Shown: positions 28,726 to 39,380, counted from the first letter of the stretch. The stretch is DNA of 64,000 nucleotides from Candidatus Latescibacterota bacterium (GCA_965217865.1 CBDCJO010000002.1:4288001-4352000); one strand, 5' to 3'. Notes: generated by a model not told the origin, from the letters alone. Made by a program: numbers and translations.

Positions 28726-29238
28726 ATGGCTAAGATCATATCCAAGAGAGTGACGGCCGAAATAGAAGGTAATTTCGTTGTCTTTCTAATTGGCATGCGT
28801 ATCAACAAGCTGTGGAAGATACACAAGTGGTTGCCAGTTTTTCTCGCTATGCCACGTATGTTGGGCGAATTGGAAAGGCATCCTGAAAGTGGCTTTTTGG
28901 GACATATAATGGGTCTGCCGGTTATCGTTCAATACTGGCGTTCCTTCGAGGATCTGGAGGCCTATGCACGCAGTCAAGATCATGAACACTGGCCAGCCTG
29001 GGTTGCTTTCAACAAGCGGATTGGCAATGGCCGTGGAAATGTCGGGATTTGGCATGAGACATATTTGGTTCACGAAGGCGAATATGAGACGGTATACAGC
29101 GGAATGCCCCCTATTGGCTTAGGAAAAGCAGGAAATCTGGTTGCGGCTTCTGGTCGTCGCGAGTCTGCACGTGGACGCTTGGGTGTTGATGGTTCTTCTG
29201 AGAGGCCTACGGCAACATTGTCAAAGGAAGATAGATAA
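28726..29238 (+). CDS. DUF4188-family protein (monooxygenase-like)
   Basis: [29 protein letters not shown]. Confidence 0.88.
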   Translation: MAKIISKRVTAEIEGNFVVFLIGMRINKLWKIHKWLPVFLAMPRMLGELERHPESGFLGHIMGLPVIVQYWRSFEDLEAYARSQDHEHWPAWVAFNKRIGNGRGNVGIWHETYLVHEGEYETVYSGMPPIGLGKAGNLVAASGRRESARGRLGVDGSSERPTATLSKEDR

Positions 29239-29342
29239 GATGATCTTGGTCCTGCATCTTGAAACATCAGGGGTGAAGTCGCCGCCGTTTAACTTCACCT
29301 GGTGAAGATCGACTGCGTGTGCCATTTTAGAAGGGAAAGATC

Positions 29343-30329
29343 GTGCGGATTCTGATCATCGGTGGAACGAGCTTCATCGGTCCGGCCGTTGTCGAAAGGC
29401 TGATTCAAAAGGATCACGAAATCGCCCTGTTCCACCGTGGACAAACCGAAGCGGTCCTTCCGGACAGCGTTCGCCATATCAAGGGAGACCGTCTGAAGAT
29501 TTCGAAATTCAAACGCAAGTTCAAGAAATTTCGTCCTCAGGTGGTTCTGAATATGATCTCTTACTCTGAGGGAGACGCTCGGGACTTTATGAATACTTTC
29601 AGGGGGATCGTGGAGCGAGTTGTGGTCATCAGCAGCGGAGACGTCTACCGGGCTTTCGGGATCTTACGCCGCATCGAGCAGGGACAGGTGGAACCCGTTC
29701 CCTTGACCGAAGAAGCACCCCTGCGGGATAAGCTCTATCCGTTCGGAGGGGAATACGATAAGATCCTGGTGGAGCGAGAGATCATGAATGATCCGGAACT
29801 ACCGGGGACGAGCCTGCGCCTTCCGGGGGTTTATGGACCGGGGGACTATCAGCACCGCCTCTTCCCGTATTTCAAGAGGATGAAGGATGGGCGTCCGGTC
29901 GTTTTATTGGAGGAGGGGATCGCAGGGTGGCGATGGACCCGGGGATACGTTGAAAACGTTGCAGAAGCCATCGCCATTGCCGCCATCGATGAACGGGCAA
30001 GAGGGTGCATCTATAACGTGGGGGAACCTGTGGCTTTCTCCGAAGCAGAATGGGTCCGAAAGATCGGAGACGCGGTGGGGTGGGACGGAGAGGTTGTCAC
30101 CGTGCCCAAAGATCGGATGCCTGCCCACATGACAATGGGTATCAATACGGACCAGCACATGGTCATGGACACGGCGCGGATTCGGAAGGATTTGGGTTAT
30201 GCGGAACCGGTCTCTGAGGAGGAGAGGATCTCCCGGACAATTGCCTGGGAGCTTGAGAATCCGACCGACGTGATCGATCCGAACCAGTTTGACTATGAAG
30301 CTGAAGATGAGATCCTGTCGGAAGAATAG
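29343..30329 (+). CDS. NAD-dependent epimerase/dehydratase family
   Basis: ILIIGGTSFIG, ISSGDVY, LRLPGVYGPGD. Confidence 0.92.
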   Translation: MRILIIGGTSFIGPAVVERLIQKDHEIALFHRGQTEAVLPDSVRHIKGDRLKISKFKRKFKKFRPQVVLNMISYSEGDARDFMNTFRGIVERVVVISSGDVYRAFGILRRIEQGQVEPVPLTEEAPLRDKLYPFGGEYDKILVEREIMNDPELPGTSLRLPGVYGPGDYQHRLFPYFKRMKDGRPVVLLEEGIAGWRWTRGYVENVAEAIAIAAIDERARGCIYNVGEPVAFSEAEWVRKIGDAVGWDGEVVTVPKDRMPAHMTMGINTDQHMVMDTARIRKDLGYAEPVSEEERISRTIAWELENPTDVIDPNQFDYEAEDEILSEE

Positions 30330-30417
30330 CCGTTCGGTGACAAGCATCTGAGCAGGGAAGAAACGACGGCTCGAGATTCAGAATTGTGGGCGCACCTATG
30401 AACCTCGGATCGGCAGG

Positions 30418-30705
30418 TCAATCCTCCCTCCGATCTGAGTGTCCGAGATCTTTCCCGGGAGCCACACGATCCCTGAGGCGTTGCTTTAATTCTTTGATGT
30501 CCGGAAATCTTCCAACCTCTTCCCGCGACCAGATGGTATGATCGTCTACAAGCACATCGAAGACCCCCCCTGTCGCCGGGATCAGCGCGACTTCCCCAAG
30601 CTCCGCCTCGAAGGTGGTCAAGAGCTCCTGAGCCATCCACGCGGCACGTAACAGCCAACGGCACTGTTTGCAGTAATGGATCTCAACTCGGGGTTGGTTT
30701 TTCAT
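30418..30705 (-). CDS. SelT/SelW/SelH (Rdx) family redoxin, Cys form
   Basis: IHYCKQCRWLLRAAWMAQELL, GGVFDV, FPDIKELKQ. Confidence 0.92.
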   Translation of the reverse strand: MKNQPRVEIHYCKQCRWLLRAAWMAQELLTTFEAELGEVALIPATGGVFDVLVDDHTIWSREEVGRFPDIKELKQRLRDRVAPGKDLGHSDRRED

Positions 30706-31175
30706 CCCATTCCCTACAGAAGGGGGCGGAAAATAGCCATTTTGTGGTTGAATTTCAACCATTTTCTGGCGAATTATCGCCAGAAGGCTTCCATCACAGA
30801 AGGTCCGATCCCCCCTGCGAGAGACCAGGCCTCCGTTTTTGCTCCAAGCTGAAAGCTCGCATCTAGTCCTGCCGTGCTGTCTGAATTATTCACCGACCCC
30901 CAGAAGATCTGAACTCCGCCATGCACGACTCACGGCTGCCCGAGCACGTTCGCCTAGATCGCAGGTCGGGAACAAGGTGTATACCAAACAATGGTCACCA
31001 ATCCCCTCCCGGGAGGGGTCCCCCGAAGGGGTGGGTGGGTCATATCGCGAATTCAGTGGTCGGAGGCGGAGCCTGAACATGATGGGGTCAACCATCGCTC
31101 AGCAGCGGGATGATTCGGATCTCTTCAGGTTGACGAGCGCATCAAACGGATTCAGACTTAACAGGAGATTTGTCT

Positions 31176-31574
31176 ATGGCAACGGTGAGATTGATTTCCG
31201 AAGAGGAGGCCGCGGGTCGGGTTCAGGAAATCTACGAAGACATCAAGCAAACAAAGGAGGTGGATCGCGTTCCGGACTTCTGGAAGGCCCTGGCTAACAG
31301 CCCCGGACTATTGGATCAGGTGTGGGGGGAACTGAAGGCGGTCATGGCTCCGGGAAAACTCGATCCTCTGACCAAGGAGATGGTGGCCCTTGCAGTCAGC
31401 ATCACGAACAGCTGCGATTACTGAATAAACTCCCATACCGCCGCCGTGAAGCGGCTTGGGTTGGATGACGAAGCCTACGGAGAGTTCCTTGCAGTCGTTG
31501 GGCTGTTCAACAAAACCAATAAGCTCGCAGATGGATTCCAAATCGAGCCGGATGTCCGGCCGGAGATCGATTGA
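31176..31574 (+). CDS. AhpD/carboxymuconolactone-decarboxylase-like protein with in-frame TGA (probable selenocysteine, CxxU)
   Basis: ...KEMVALAVSITNSCDY-TGA(31422-31424)-INSHTAAVKRLG...LADGFQIEPD; frame stays open to TGA at 31572. Confidence 0.85.
31432..31460 (+). promoter_or_regulatory. Bacterial SECIS-like hairpin
   Basis: CCCA..GCCGC-CGTGAA-GCGGC.TGGG; apical loop starts 20 nt after the TGA, with G at loop position 2. Confidence 0.6.
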
Positions 31575-31612
31575 AAACATCGAATAGGATGAAAGCGGGG
31601 ATGGACGATGGG

Positions 31613-32611
31613 CTATTTTTCAAACGCCGCATCGAAGGCCACGCCGGACGCCTGGAATTCTTTCGCTTTCAGGAAATGACACGCTTCTCTGGCACCGTGT
31701 TCCCGATCCATTCCGCTGTCCTCCCACTCGACGGAGAGGGGCCCTTTGTATCCGATCTGATTCAGTCCCCTGATGATCTCTTCAAAGTCGATGCTCCCCC
31801 TGCCGACCGACCGGAAGTCCCAGAACCTGCGGGGATCGCCGAAGTCCAGGTGACCTCCGAAGACCCCGCTTCGACGGGGAACGGATGACCAGGTGACATC
31901 CTTCATGTGTGCGTGATAGATGCGGTCGCTGAACTCCCGGAGGAACGCCACATAATCGACGCCCTGGTAGCCCAAATGGCTCGGGTCGTAATTGAACCCA
32001 AATTCTTTCCGCCCGTGCAGGGATTTAACGGCGCGTTCGGCTGAGACGATGTCGAAGGCGATTTCAGTGGGATGGACTTCCAGGGCGAACCGTACCTTGC
32101 ACTTTTTAAACTCATCCAGAATCGGGTTCCAGCGATCCGCAAAGTCTGCAAACCCGGCGTCGATGGTCCCGGGTGACATCGGGGGAAAGGCATAGAGCAG
32201 GGGCCAAATCGACGACCCGGTGAACCCGTTAACCACCTTAACCCCGAGGGCTTGCGCCGCGCGGGCGGTGGCCTTCATCTCCTCAGCCGCCTTCCTTCGG
32301 ACTTTCTCCGGCTTTCCATCGCCGTAGATCCTCTTTGGCAGGATGGCCTGATGCCGCTCGTCGATCAGGTCACAGACCGCCTGTCCCACCAGATGATTGC
32401 TGATGGACCAGACCTTCAGGCCGTAGTTTGCGAGCAGATCGTGTCTTCCCTGACAATAGGCTTTGCTCCGGATCGCCTTTGGGACGTCGAAGTGATCTCC
32501 CCAGCAGGCCAGTTCGAGTCCGTCGTATCCCCAACTCGCGGCCTTCTTGCACAAATCCTCCAGGGGCAGGTCAGCCCACTGGCCGGTGAACAGGGTGACC
32601 GGTCGTGCCAT
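31613..32611 (-). CDS. Sugar phosphate isomerase/epimerase (AP-endonuclease-2 TIM barrel)
   Basis: [36 protein letters not shown]. Confidence 0.92.
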   Translation of the reverse strand: MARPVTLFTGQWADLPLEDLCKKAASWGYDGLELACWGDHFDVPKAIRSKAYCQGRHDLLANYGLKVWSISNHLVGQAVCDLIDERHQAILPKRIYGDGKPEKVRRKAAEEMKATARAAQALGVKVVNGFTGSSIWPLLYAFPPMSPGTIDAGFADFADRWNPILDEFKKCKVRFALEVHPTEIAFDIVSAERAVKSLHGRKEFGFNYDPSHLGYQGVDYVAFLREFSDRIYHAHMKDVTWSSVPRRSGVFGGHLDFGDPRRFWDFRSVGRGSIDFEEIIRGLNQIGYKGPLSVEWEDSGMDREHGAREACHFLKAKEFQASGVAFDAAFEK

Positions 32612-32631
32612 GAGTTCCTCCCGTCTTAGAG

Positions 32632-32839
32632 CATCCTTCGACTGCGTCCCCCAAAAACCGGGGGACTCCGCTCAGGATGTAGCCGAAATGTGCGATCAAG
32701 ATCAGACTTGAGGCGAATACCCGCGAGGACAAGATAACATCCTGAGCCCCCTTCGACTCCACTTCGTTCCGCTCAGGGCCGGGGCTTCGACAAGCTCATG
32801 ATAAAATCCGCGGCGTGCAGCGCCATGTAGTCGAAGGAT
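32632..32839. repeat. MITE-like family A copy
   Basis: Ends ATCCTTCGACT / AGTCGAAGGAT are inverted; internal homology with 38999-39335. Confidence 0.75.
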
Positions 32840-32857
32840 CCTTTCGGAATCCCATAA

Positions 32858-34033
32858 TCATAGTTCAGATATTTTTACCCATCGGCCCTGCTTGGCGGAC
32901 AGGGTAACGGCTTCAAGTACGGCCTGGCATCTTGTCCCATCTTTGAAGTCCGGATGCACCGACTTGCCCTTCGAAATGGCCGTCAATAGATCGTGGACTT
33001 CATGGATGAAGGTGTGCTCCCATCCGATGATGTGGCCTGGAGGCCACCAGGCTGAAATGTAAGGATGACTCCCTTCGTTGACGAGGATCTCCCGAAATCC
33101 CTGGACGTGGGATTCATCATCCCTAGAGTAGTATTGGAGTTCGTTCATCTTTTCAAGGTTGAACGCCAGGCTCCCCTTGCTTCCGTTGATCTCAAATCGA
33201 TTGTGATTTCGCCGGCCGGCCGCGAAACGGGTGGCCTCGAATGAACCGATCGCTCCTTTTGAGAATCGGGCGAGGAAAAGGGTCGTATCGTCCACGGTCA
33301 CCCGGCCCATTTTTCTACGGCCCCGGCTCGATTTCGTACCAAGGGAACCATCGATGGCCTCCGGCAGCGGTCTTTCTTTGATAAATGTCGCGTCCGCCCC
33401 GACCACCTCCGAAATATCGCCGACCAGGTAGTGTGCAAGGTCGATGATATGGGCGTTGAGATCCCCGTGGGGACCGGAACCGGCTCTCTTTCTTTCCATA
33501 CGCCAAACAAGCGGAAAAGTTGGATCTATGATCCAATCCTGCAGGTAGACCGCACGCCAGTGGAAGATCTTTCCGATTTTTCTTTCATCGATCAATTGCC
33601 TTGCCAGGACAACCGCCGGAACCCGCCGGTAATTGAAGGCGACCATATGGTTGACCTTCGCTTTCTGAACCGCATCCAGCATCTCCCGGGCTTCGGCCAA
33701 TGAGTTCGCAAGAGGTTTTTCGCAAAAGACGTGCTTCCCCGCATTCGCCGCCGCCACAGCGATATCCCTGTGGGAATCCCCGGGGGTTGAGATGTCTACC
33801 AGGTCGATGTCGTCCCGTTCGATCAACCGTTGCCAGGATGTCTCGTAGCTTTCCCAACCGAAGGTTTTTGCCGCGGCGGAAACCGCCTCCTCGTTCCGAC
33901 CACAGATGGCCTTCATCACGGGTACGGCGCCGGAGTCGAAGAACCTGGCAACATTCCGGTAGGCATGGCTGTGGACTTTACCCATAAATGAGTAACCCAC
34001 CATGCCCACGTTGATCTCTTTCGACATGCTCAC
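32858..34033 (-). CDS. Gfo/Idh/MocA oxidoreductase
   Basis: GMVGYSFMG, HVFCEKPLA, DLNAHIID. Confidence 0.95.
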   Translation of the reverse strand: MSMSKEINVGMVGYSFMGKVHSHAYRNVARFFDSGAVPVMKAICGRNEEAVSAAAKTFGWESYETSWQRLIERDDIDLVDISTPGDSHRDIAVAAANAGKHVFCEKPLANSLAEAREMLDAVQKAKVNHMVAFNYRRVPAVVLARQLIDERKIGKIFHWRAVYLQDWIIDPTFPLVWRMERKRAGSGPHGDLNAHIIDLAHYLVGDISEVVGADATFIKERPLPEAIDGSLGTKSSRGRRKMGRVTVDDTTLFLARFSKGAIGSFEATRFAAGRRNHNRFEINGSKGSLAFNLEKMNELQYYSRDDESHVQGFREILVNEGSHPYISAWWPPGHIIGWEHTFIHEVHDLLTAISKGKSVHPDFKDGTRCQAVLEAVTLSAKQGRWVKISEL

Positions 34034-34043
34034 TCCTTTTTTT

Positions 34044-34298
34044 TGGAAAGCGAGGTTCTGTGAGACGACGCATCAGCGGGCCAACGGTCCGCGATCCGGA
34101 TCAATCCCACACATACCTTTCACCGTAGGCCACTCGATATTGTCCCAACAATGAATCAGGATGCGGGCGTTGGGTCATTGCGATGTGAAATTGTCGCGGT
34201 CTTTCAGGCCGCTTCGACGCTATTGTATTTCACAACCCAGGGCGCAGACCCCGGGTTGAGGGACAAGCGCCGTTGGCGCTGAAAGAACGCCATGACTT
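34044..34298 (+). repeat. REP/MITE-like family B copy
   Basis: Collinear homology with 52408-52698. Confidence 0.85.
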
Positions 34299-34592
34299 TA
34301 GTCTCCGTCACTCGATTAGCTCGAAGGCCAGGGTGTCAATCACGAAGAGAAGGTCCACTATATTACCACGGAGAGCCCCTTTTTCATAGGGACAGGCGAT
34401 CCGTCATCGAGTTTCGGCGACGGAAGCGAAAAATATTGTGCCCATCAGGCTCCCGTAGATATCATTTTGATTTTGAAAAAGTTGGAGCGATCGGGAAGAT
34501 CGCCACACGTATATATCATATGAATCGCTTTGCCAAGTCAAGCAAAAAAAGGACACTGAAATTCAGGAAGATCAAATTTCCCTGGAATTTGC

Positions 34593-34619
34593 TAAAGTTT
34601 GAGCTTTTTCAGTCGATGA
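34593..34619 (+). promoter_or_regulatory. sigma28 (FliA)-like promoter
   Basis: TAAAGTTT-11 bp-GTCGATGA versus consensus TAAAGTTT-N11-GCCGATAA. Confidence 0.6.
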
Positions 34620-34692
34620 CTAAAAGAGAACCAACCGCCATCCCAGGCTCTCCGGGTGAAACCCCACCTGACCACCCCGGAGGAAAAACCAG

Positions 34693-35427
34693 ATGCCGAT
34701 TAACAGTTCGATTCAGAACCTTCAGTCTCAGAGTCTCCTCTTAAACGCCCAATATTCCTCTGTTCGGCAGACCCGGTCCGCCGAAATTACAGCGGTCAAT
34801 GGGGAAAGGGGACGATCTTTCCAAGCCCAGGCGACGTATGAAGCTAGCTACGCTGCTCTGGGCGTTCGTGTTTTTGAAGAGGACGGGAGCAGAACCACGG
34901 TTGTGGATTCGGTTCAGATCGACCTATCGATCAATCTGAGCATCGAGAGCGCCAATCAGATCCTGAACGATCGCATCGCAGAAAAGTTAAACGCAGCATT
35001 CGAGGAGGCCGGGGTTGACTTGGACATCCGGGAGATCCAGAACCAGAATCTGGATACCTCCCCGGAAGCAACGGCCAAACGAATCGTGAGCTTCGCCACC
35101 GGTTTCTTCGGCGCTTTTGTCCAGAATCAGGGGGAGGTCCAGGGGGAGGATCAGGACGAAACCGCCCGGCTTGAAGATTTCATGTCCCTCATAGGAGGGG
35201 CCATCGATGAAGGATTCGCCGAGGCCCTTGATATTCTGAAGGGGATCGCGGATATCAGCGGTAAAATTCAGGACAATGTCGACCGTACATACGAACTGGT
35301 TCAGAAAGGTCTCGAGGAATTTAGACAGAGACAGCTTGACCTCTTCTCGAAAAGAACCGCAGAGCCTTCCGCCACGCCGGCCTTGGCCCAACCCGCTCCG
35401 GAGTCATTCGAGGGGATCGTAATCTGA
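34693..35427 (+). CDS. DUF5610-like protein
   Basis: DTSPEATAKRIVSFATGFF, GAIDEGFAEALDIL, DRTYELVQKGL. Confidence 0.75.
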   Translation: MPINSSIQNLQSQSLLLNAQYSSVRQTRSAEITAVNGERGRSFQAQATYEASYAALGVRVFEEDGSRTTVVDSVQIDLSINLSIESANQILNDRIAEKLNAAFEEAGVDLDIREIQNQNLDTSPEATAKRIVSFATGFFGAFVQNQGEVQGEDQDETARLEDFMSLIGGAIDEGFAEALDILKGIADISGKIQDNVDRTYELVQKGLEEFRQRQLDLFSKRTAEPSATPALAQPAPESFEGIVI

Positions 35428-35516
35428 CCTACAGACAATCCGATGCGTGAGGGGCGACGGGCAGGAATCACCTGGATTCCTGCCCGTCGTGTTTTTGTGA
35501 GAACTGTGATTGACGC

Positions 35517-35545
35517 TTGACAATCCCTTATGTTCTCCATATAAT
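35517..35545 (+). promoter_or_regulatory. Consensus sigma70 promoter of the mpl operon
   Basis: Perfect TTGACA-17 bp-TATAAT. Confidence 0.75.
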
Positions 35546-35710
35546 CAGGTTAACTTAAAAGAAAATAGTGGCGTATGAAATAATGGCCTCTCCCTCTAGG
35601 TCTCACATTTCTCCATCCAGTTTTGTGCCCGATCCTGCATTTTACCGCCCCACCGGCAAGCTCTCCTTCCACAGATTTTTTTCGTCAACGACGGCACTCG
35701 AGGTTATAAG

Positions 35711-37147
35711 GTGATCGAAGGGGTCAGATCGGGTGGGCATGTTTACCTGATCGGTGTGTGCGGCACAGGCATGGCTGCGCTTGCGGGGTTGCTCAAAGCC
35801 CGAGGCTACCGGGTCACGGGGGCAGATGGTGGTGTCTATCCTCCGATGAGCACGTTCCTCGATGAGCAGGGGATCCCCGTTCACGACGGATATGACGCGA
35901 AGCACCTCGATCGAGAACCGGATCTGGTCATTATCGGCAATGCGTTATCGAGGGGGAATCCCGAAGTAGAACGCGTTCTGGATCGAAGGGTTCGATATAC
36001 CTCACTCCCGGAAGCCATGAAGGCTTTTTTCATCCGGGGGAAGACTTCAGTCGTTGTCACGGGCACCCACGGAAAGACGACGGTCTCTTCCTTGATCGCC
36101 TGGGCCCTTGAGTCGACGGGCAAGGATCCCGGATTTTTTATAGGCGGTATCCCGGAGAATTTCGGACAGGGTTACAAGGCCGGGAAAGGTCCGCACTTTG
36201 TTGTCGAAGGGGATGAATACGACACGGCCTTTTTTGATAAGGGACCAAAATTTCTGCATTATCTGCCGGAGATCGTCGTATTAAACGGAGTGGAATTCGA
36301 CCACGCGGACATTTACGGGGACCTGGAAGCGATCAAGGTGGCGTTTCGGCGTCTGGTCAACATCATACCCCGAAACGGATTGCTTGCAGTCTGCTCGGAC
36401 GACGATATTGCTGTGGAGATGGGGCGATCCGCTTTCTGTCCGGTGCAGAGCTTCGGGCTGGGTCCTGGTTCGCGCTGGACGGTGAATGACCTCCGGTTCG
36501 AGAGGGATCGGACGACATTTACCGCGGTCCGCCAAGGGAAAACATTCGGGTTTTTTTCGATCCCCCTTCGGGGAAATCACAATGTGAGGAATGTCCTCGG
36601 GGCGATTGCGGTCTGCGATCACCTCGGTTTGACGGCGTCTGAGATTCGGGATTCACTGTCGGAATTCAAGGGGATCCGGAGGCGCTTGACGGTACGGGGG
36701 ATGGTCGACGACGTGACAATATTCGACGACTTCGCACATCATCCCACAGAGGTTCGAGAGACTCTACACGGCCTCAGGCTCAGCTTTCCCGACCGGCGGA
36801 TCTGGGCCGTGTTCGAACCCAGGTCGGCGACCGCGATCCGGTCCGTTCTCCAGGAGGCTTATCCCCCGGCGTTTGATCCGGCGGACCGGGTGACCCTGGC
36901 CCCGGCCTTTCGGCCTGAAAAGGCCCCTGATGGTGAAGGGATCCAGATCGAACGGTTGGTGTCGGAGATCGCACAGCGGGGAAAACAGGTGGAACAGGCC
37001 CCCTCGATCGACGCCGTAGTCGCCGTTATCGCAGATCAGGCCCAGGCGGGGGATCTGGTTGTCTGTATGAGCAACGGGGGGTTTGGCGGAATTCACGAAA
37101 AGTTGCTCCACGCACTCAAAGGAAACCGTCATGCTTCTCAAGCCTGA
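35711..37147 (+). CDS. mpl: Murein peptide ligase Mpl
   Basis: GVCGTGMAALA, YPPMST, GTHGKTT, EGDEYDTAFFDKGPKF, DDFAHHPT, MSNGGFGGIH. Confidence 0.92.
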   Translation: MIEGVRSGGHVYLIGVCGTGMAALAGLLKARGYRVTGADGGVYPPMSTFLDEQGIPVHDGYDAKHLDREPDLVIIGNALSRGNPEVERVLDRRVRYTSLPEAMKAFFIRGKTSVVVTGTHGKTTVSSLIAWALESTGKDPGFFIGGIPENFGQGYKAGKGPHFVVEGDEYDTAFFDKGPKFLHYLPEIVVLNGVEFDHADIYGDLEAIKVAFRRLVNIIPRNGLLAVCSDDDIAVEMGRSAFCPVQSFGLGPGSRWTVNDLRFERDRTTFTAVRQGKTFGFFSIPLRGNHNVRNVLGAIAVCDHLGLTASEIRDSLSEFKGIRRRLTVRGMVDDVTIFDDFAHHPTEVRETLHGLRLSFPDRRIWAVFEPRSATAIRSVLQEAYPPAFDPADRVTLAPAFRPEKAPDGEGIQIERLVSEIAQRGKQVEQAPSIDAVVAVIADQAQAGDLVVCMSNGGFGGIHEKLLHALKGNRHASQA

Positions 37148-38042
37148 ACGATTGAGACCCGGCGATACGATCGGAATCGCTGCGCCGGCCGGGGTTTTTA
37201 AAGAGGCGGAGCTCTTGGAGGGAATCGCCTTCCTGGAGCAGTCCGGGTTCGGGGTTCGGGTCGGGGACCACGTTAACGACCGGAAGGGATACCTGGCCGG
37301 GGAGGATCCCGATCGGGCGAAGGACCTGCACGAACTCTTCGGCGCAACAGATGTGAAAGCCGTATTTGCGGCTAGGGGTGGGTACGGTTCGACGCGGCTG
37401 CTGGATCTTTTGGATTACGACCTGATTCGAAGAAACCCGAAGATCTTCCTGGGTCTCAGCGACACGACCGCCCTTCAGTTGGCATTTATTGAACACGCAG
37501 GTCTCATCTCTTACTCGGGGATCATCGTGGCGGGGGATCTTGGACCCGAACGGGACCCCTTTACCGAGGCTGCGATGTGGAAGACGCTTCGAGATGGGGC
37601 TGTCGGGCCCTTCGAAGGGCTGAAGGCCCTCCGGGGGGGGAAAGCGGAGGGACGTCTTGTCGGGGGATGCCTGTCCCTGATATGCGCCCTCCAGGGTACG
37701 CCCCACATGCCCGATCTCGATGGGGCGGTTCTTCTTGTGGAAGATATCGGGGAGGCCCTCTATCGCGTCGACAGGATGTTGACTCAACTCCGGCAGACCG
37801 GTCTTCTCAACAGGGTGGCAGGAATCGCTTTCGGTCAGTTCTATGGTTCGGATCCCGACGAGCGGGCAGGCTGGACCGTCGAGGAGGTTCTGGCTGAGCG
37901 GACCGCGGACCTCGGCGTGCCGGTGGTGTGCAGGCTTCCTTACGGACATCAACGCCGCCGTGCGGTCTTGCCGATCGGCGTCCGAGTCCTATTGGATGCG
38001 GACGCGGGAAAGCTATCTTTTGAAGAGGAGGCTGTGGCATAA
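37131..38042 (+). CDS. ldcA: LD-carboxypeptidase (peptidase S66)
   Basis: RGGYGS, GLSDTT, LVEDIGE, YGH; adjacent to mpl. Confidence 0.88.
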   Translation: MLLKPERLRPGDTIGIAAPAGVFKEAELLEGIAFLEQSGFGVRVGDHVNDRKGYLAGEDPDRAKDLHELFGATDVKAVFAARGGYGSTRLLDLLDYDLIRRNPKIFLGLSDTTALQLAFIEHAGLISYSGIIVAGDLGPERDPFTEAAMWKTLRDGAVGPFEGLKALRGGKAEGRLVGGCLSLICALQGTPHMPDLDGAVLLVEDIGEALYRVDRMLTQLRQTGLLNRVAGIAFGQFYGSDPDERAGWTVEEVLAERTADLGVPVVCRLPYGHQRRRAVLPIGVRVLLDADAGKLSFEEEAVA

Positions 38043-38046
38043 AGGT

Positions 38047-38880
38047 ATGTTTAAATCGATTCTTCCGCTTCTCTTACCTCTGGGTTTTTTAACCGGTTGT
38101 GCGACCATCAGCCACCTGAACCTGATCTCGACGGAACAGGAACTGGAGATGGGGAGACAGTTTTCAGAGGAGGTGGATCGAGAGATCGATCTTATTGGGG
38201 ACCGAACGGTCGTAACCTACATCGATCACCTCGGCCAGCTCCTTGCCTCGCATTCTCGCAGAGCTGACATCCCTTACACCTTCAAGGTCGTCGACACGGA
38301 CCAGGTGAACGCCTTCGCGCTGCCCGGCGGGTATCTCTATATCAACCGGGGATTGATTACCACGGCGGAAAATGAATCCGAGCTTGCAGGCGTGGTTGCC
38401 CACGAGATCGGACACGTGGTGGGGAGGCACGGTGCCAGGCAGATCAGCAAACAGGTCGGTCTCCAGGTTCTTCTTGCGGCCGTTGCAGGGGAGGCCCCGG
38501 GGTTAAGCCGTCAAGTGGCGTCGGAGGTGGCGGGACTGGGGGCCGGGCTCACGCTTCTCAAATACAGCCGTGAGGCGGAGAATGAGGCGGATGCCTATGC
38601 CGTCCAGGAGACCTATGACGCCGGGATCGATCCCGAAGGGGCGGCCTCTTTCTTCGAAAAACTGCTTGCACTGCACGAGAAGGAACCGGAAGCCAAGGGG
38701 TTCGCCCGATTGTTTTTGACTCATCCACCTACGCAAGAACGGATCGAAAATGTGCGGGCTGCGATTACGGGGTTTCCTCCCCAAAAGGGACTTTCAAAGG
38801 ACTCCAGGCGTTTTCAGAGGGTAAAGGCCTACCTCAAGAAGTGGTATCCTGAGAAGGAAGCCGAGAAAGGTAAAAAGTGA
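38047..38880 (+). CDS. M48 family metallopeptidase lipoprotein
   Basis: LTGC lipobox, NAFALPGG, AHEIGH, YSREAENEAD, THP. Confidence 0.92.
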   Translation: MFKSILPLLLPLGFLTGCATISHLNLISTEQELEMGRQFSEEVDREIDLIGDRTVVTYIDHLGQLLASHSRRADIPYTFKVVDTDQVNAFALPGGYLYINRGLITTAENESELAGVVAHEIGHVVGRHGARQISKQVGLQVLLAAVAGEAPGLSRQVASEVAGLGAGLTLLKYSREAENEADAYAVQETYDAGIDPEGAASFFEKLLALHEKEPEAKGFARLFLTHPPTQERIENVRAAITGFPPQKGLSKDSRRFQRVKAYLKKWYPEKEAEKGKK

Positions 38881-38998
38881 GAGCGTGTGGTAGGATAAGC
38901 CGATGGAGAAGGTCGGCCAGCTGCCCAATGAGCGATCCAGGGTAGATCCTGCGGCAACGTAAGCCCCCCGGAGTCGAAGGATGGCTTAATACGCTCGT

Positions 38999-39335
38999 GC
39001 ATCCTTCGACTGCGTCCCCCAAACACCGGGAGACTCCGCTCAGGATGTTTTGAACTCTTCCTGTGAATGGCCGATTTCCACCCTGCCAGTTCTTATGTTT
39101 GGCCGGTTAACCCGATGGAGACGATCGGCCCGCTGCCAACGAGAGATCCGGGGTAGACCTTTCGCGGATACCTCAGAGCACCGGATAACATCATTCGACT
39201 GCTTCCTCCCAAGCAGGGGTACTCCGCTCAAGCTGTAGTCGAAATGAGCGATTATGGTACACCTGTTACGAATACCCGCAAGCACTGGATAACATCCTGA
39301 GCGGAGCGGCGGTTTTTGCCGCGTAGTCGAAGGAC
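38999..39335. repeat. MITE-like family A copy
   Basis: GCATCCTTCGACTGCGTCCCCC...CTCCGCTCAGGATGT and GAATACCCGC...GATAACATCCTGAGC shared with 32632-32839. Confidence 0.75.
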
Positions 39336-39380
39336 GGCTCAGGATATTTCAGTCTGCAATGCCGATCAAGGTTATTTGTC

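Noticed and set aside
30418-30705. SelW-like gene as a selenoprotein
   Set aside because: The motif is CKQC with no in-frame TGA.
35711-38880. mpl-ldcA-M48 as a novel system
   Set aside because: mpl and ldcA are known peptidoglycan-recycling genes and the arrangement is ordinary; nadC-birA-coaX is likewise a known cluster.
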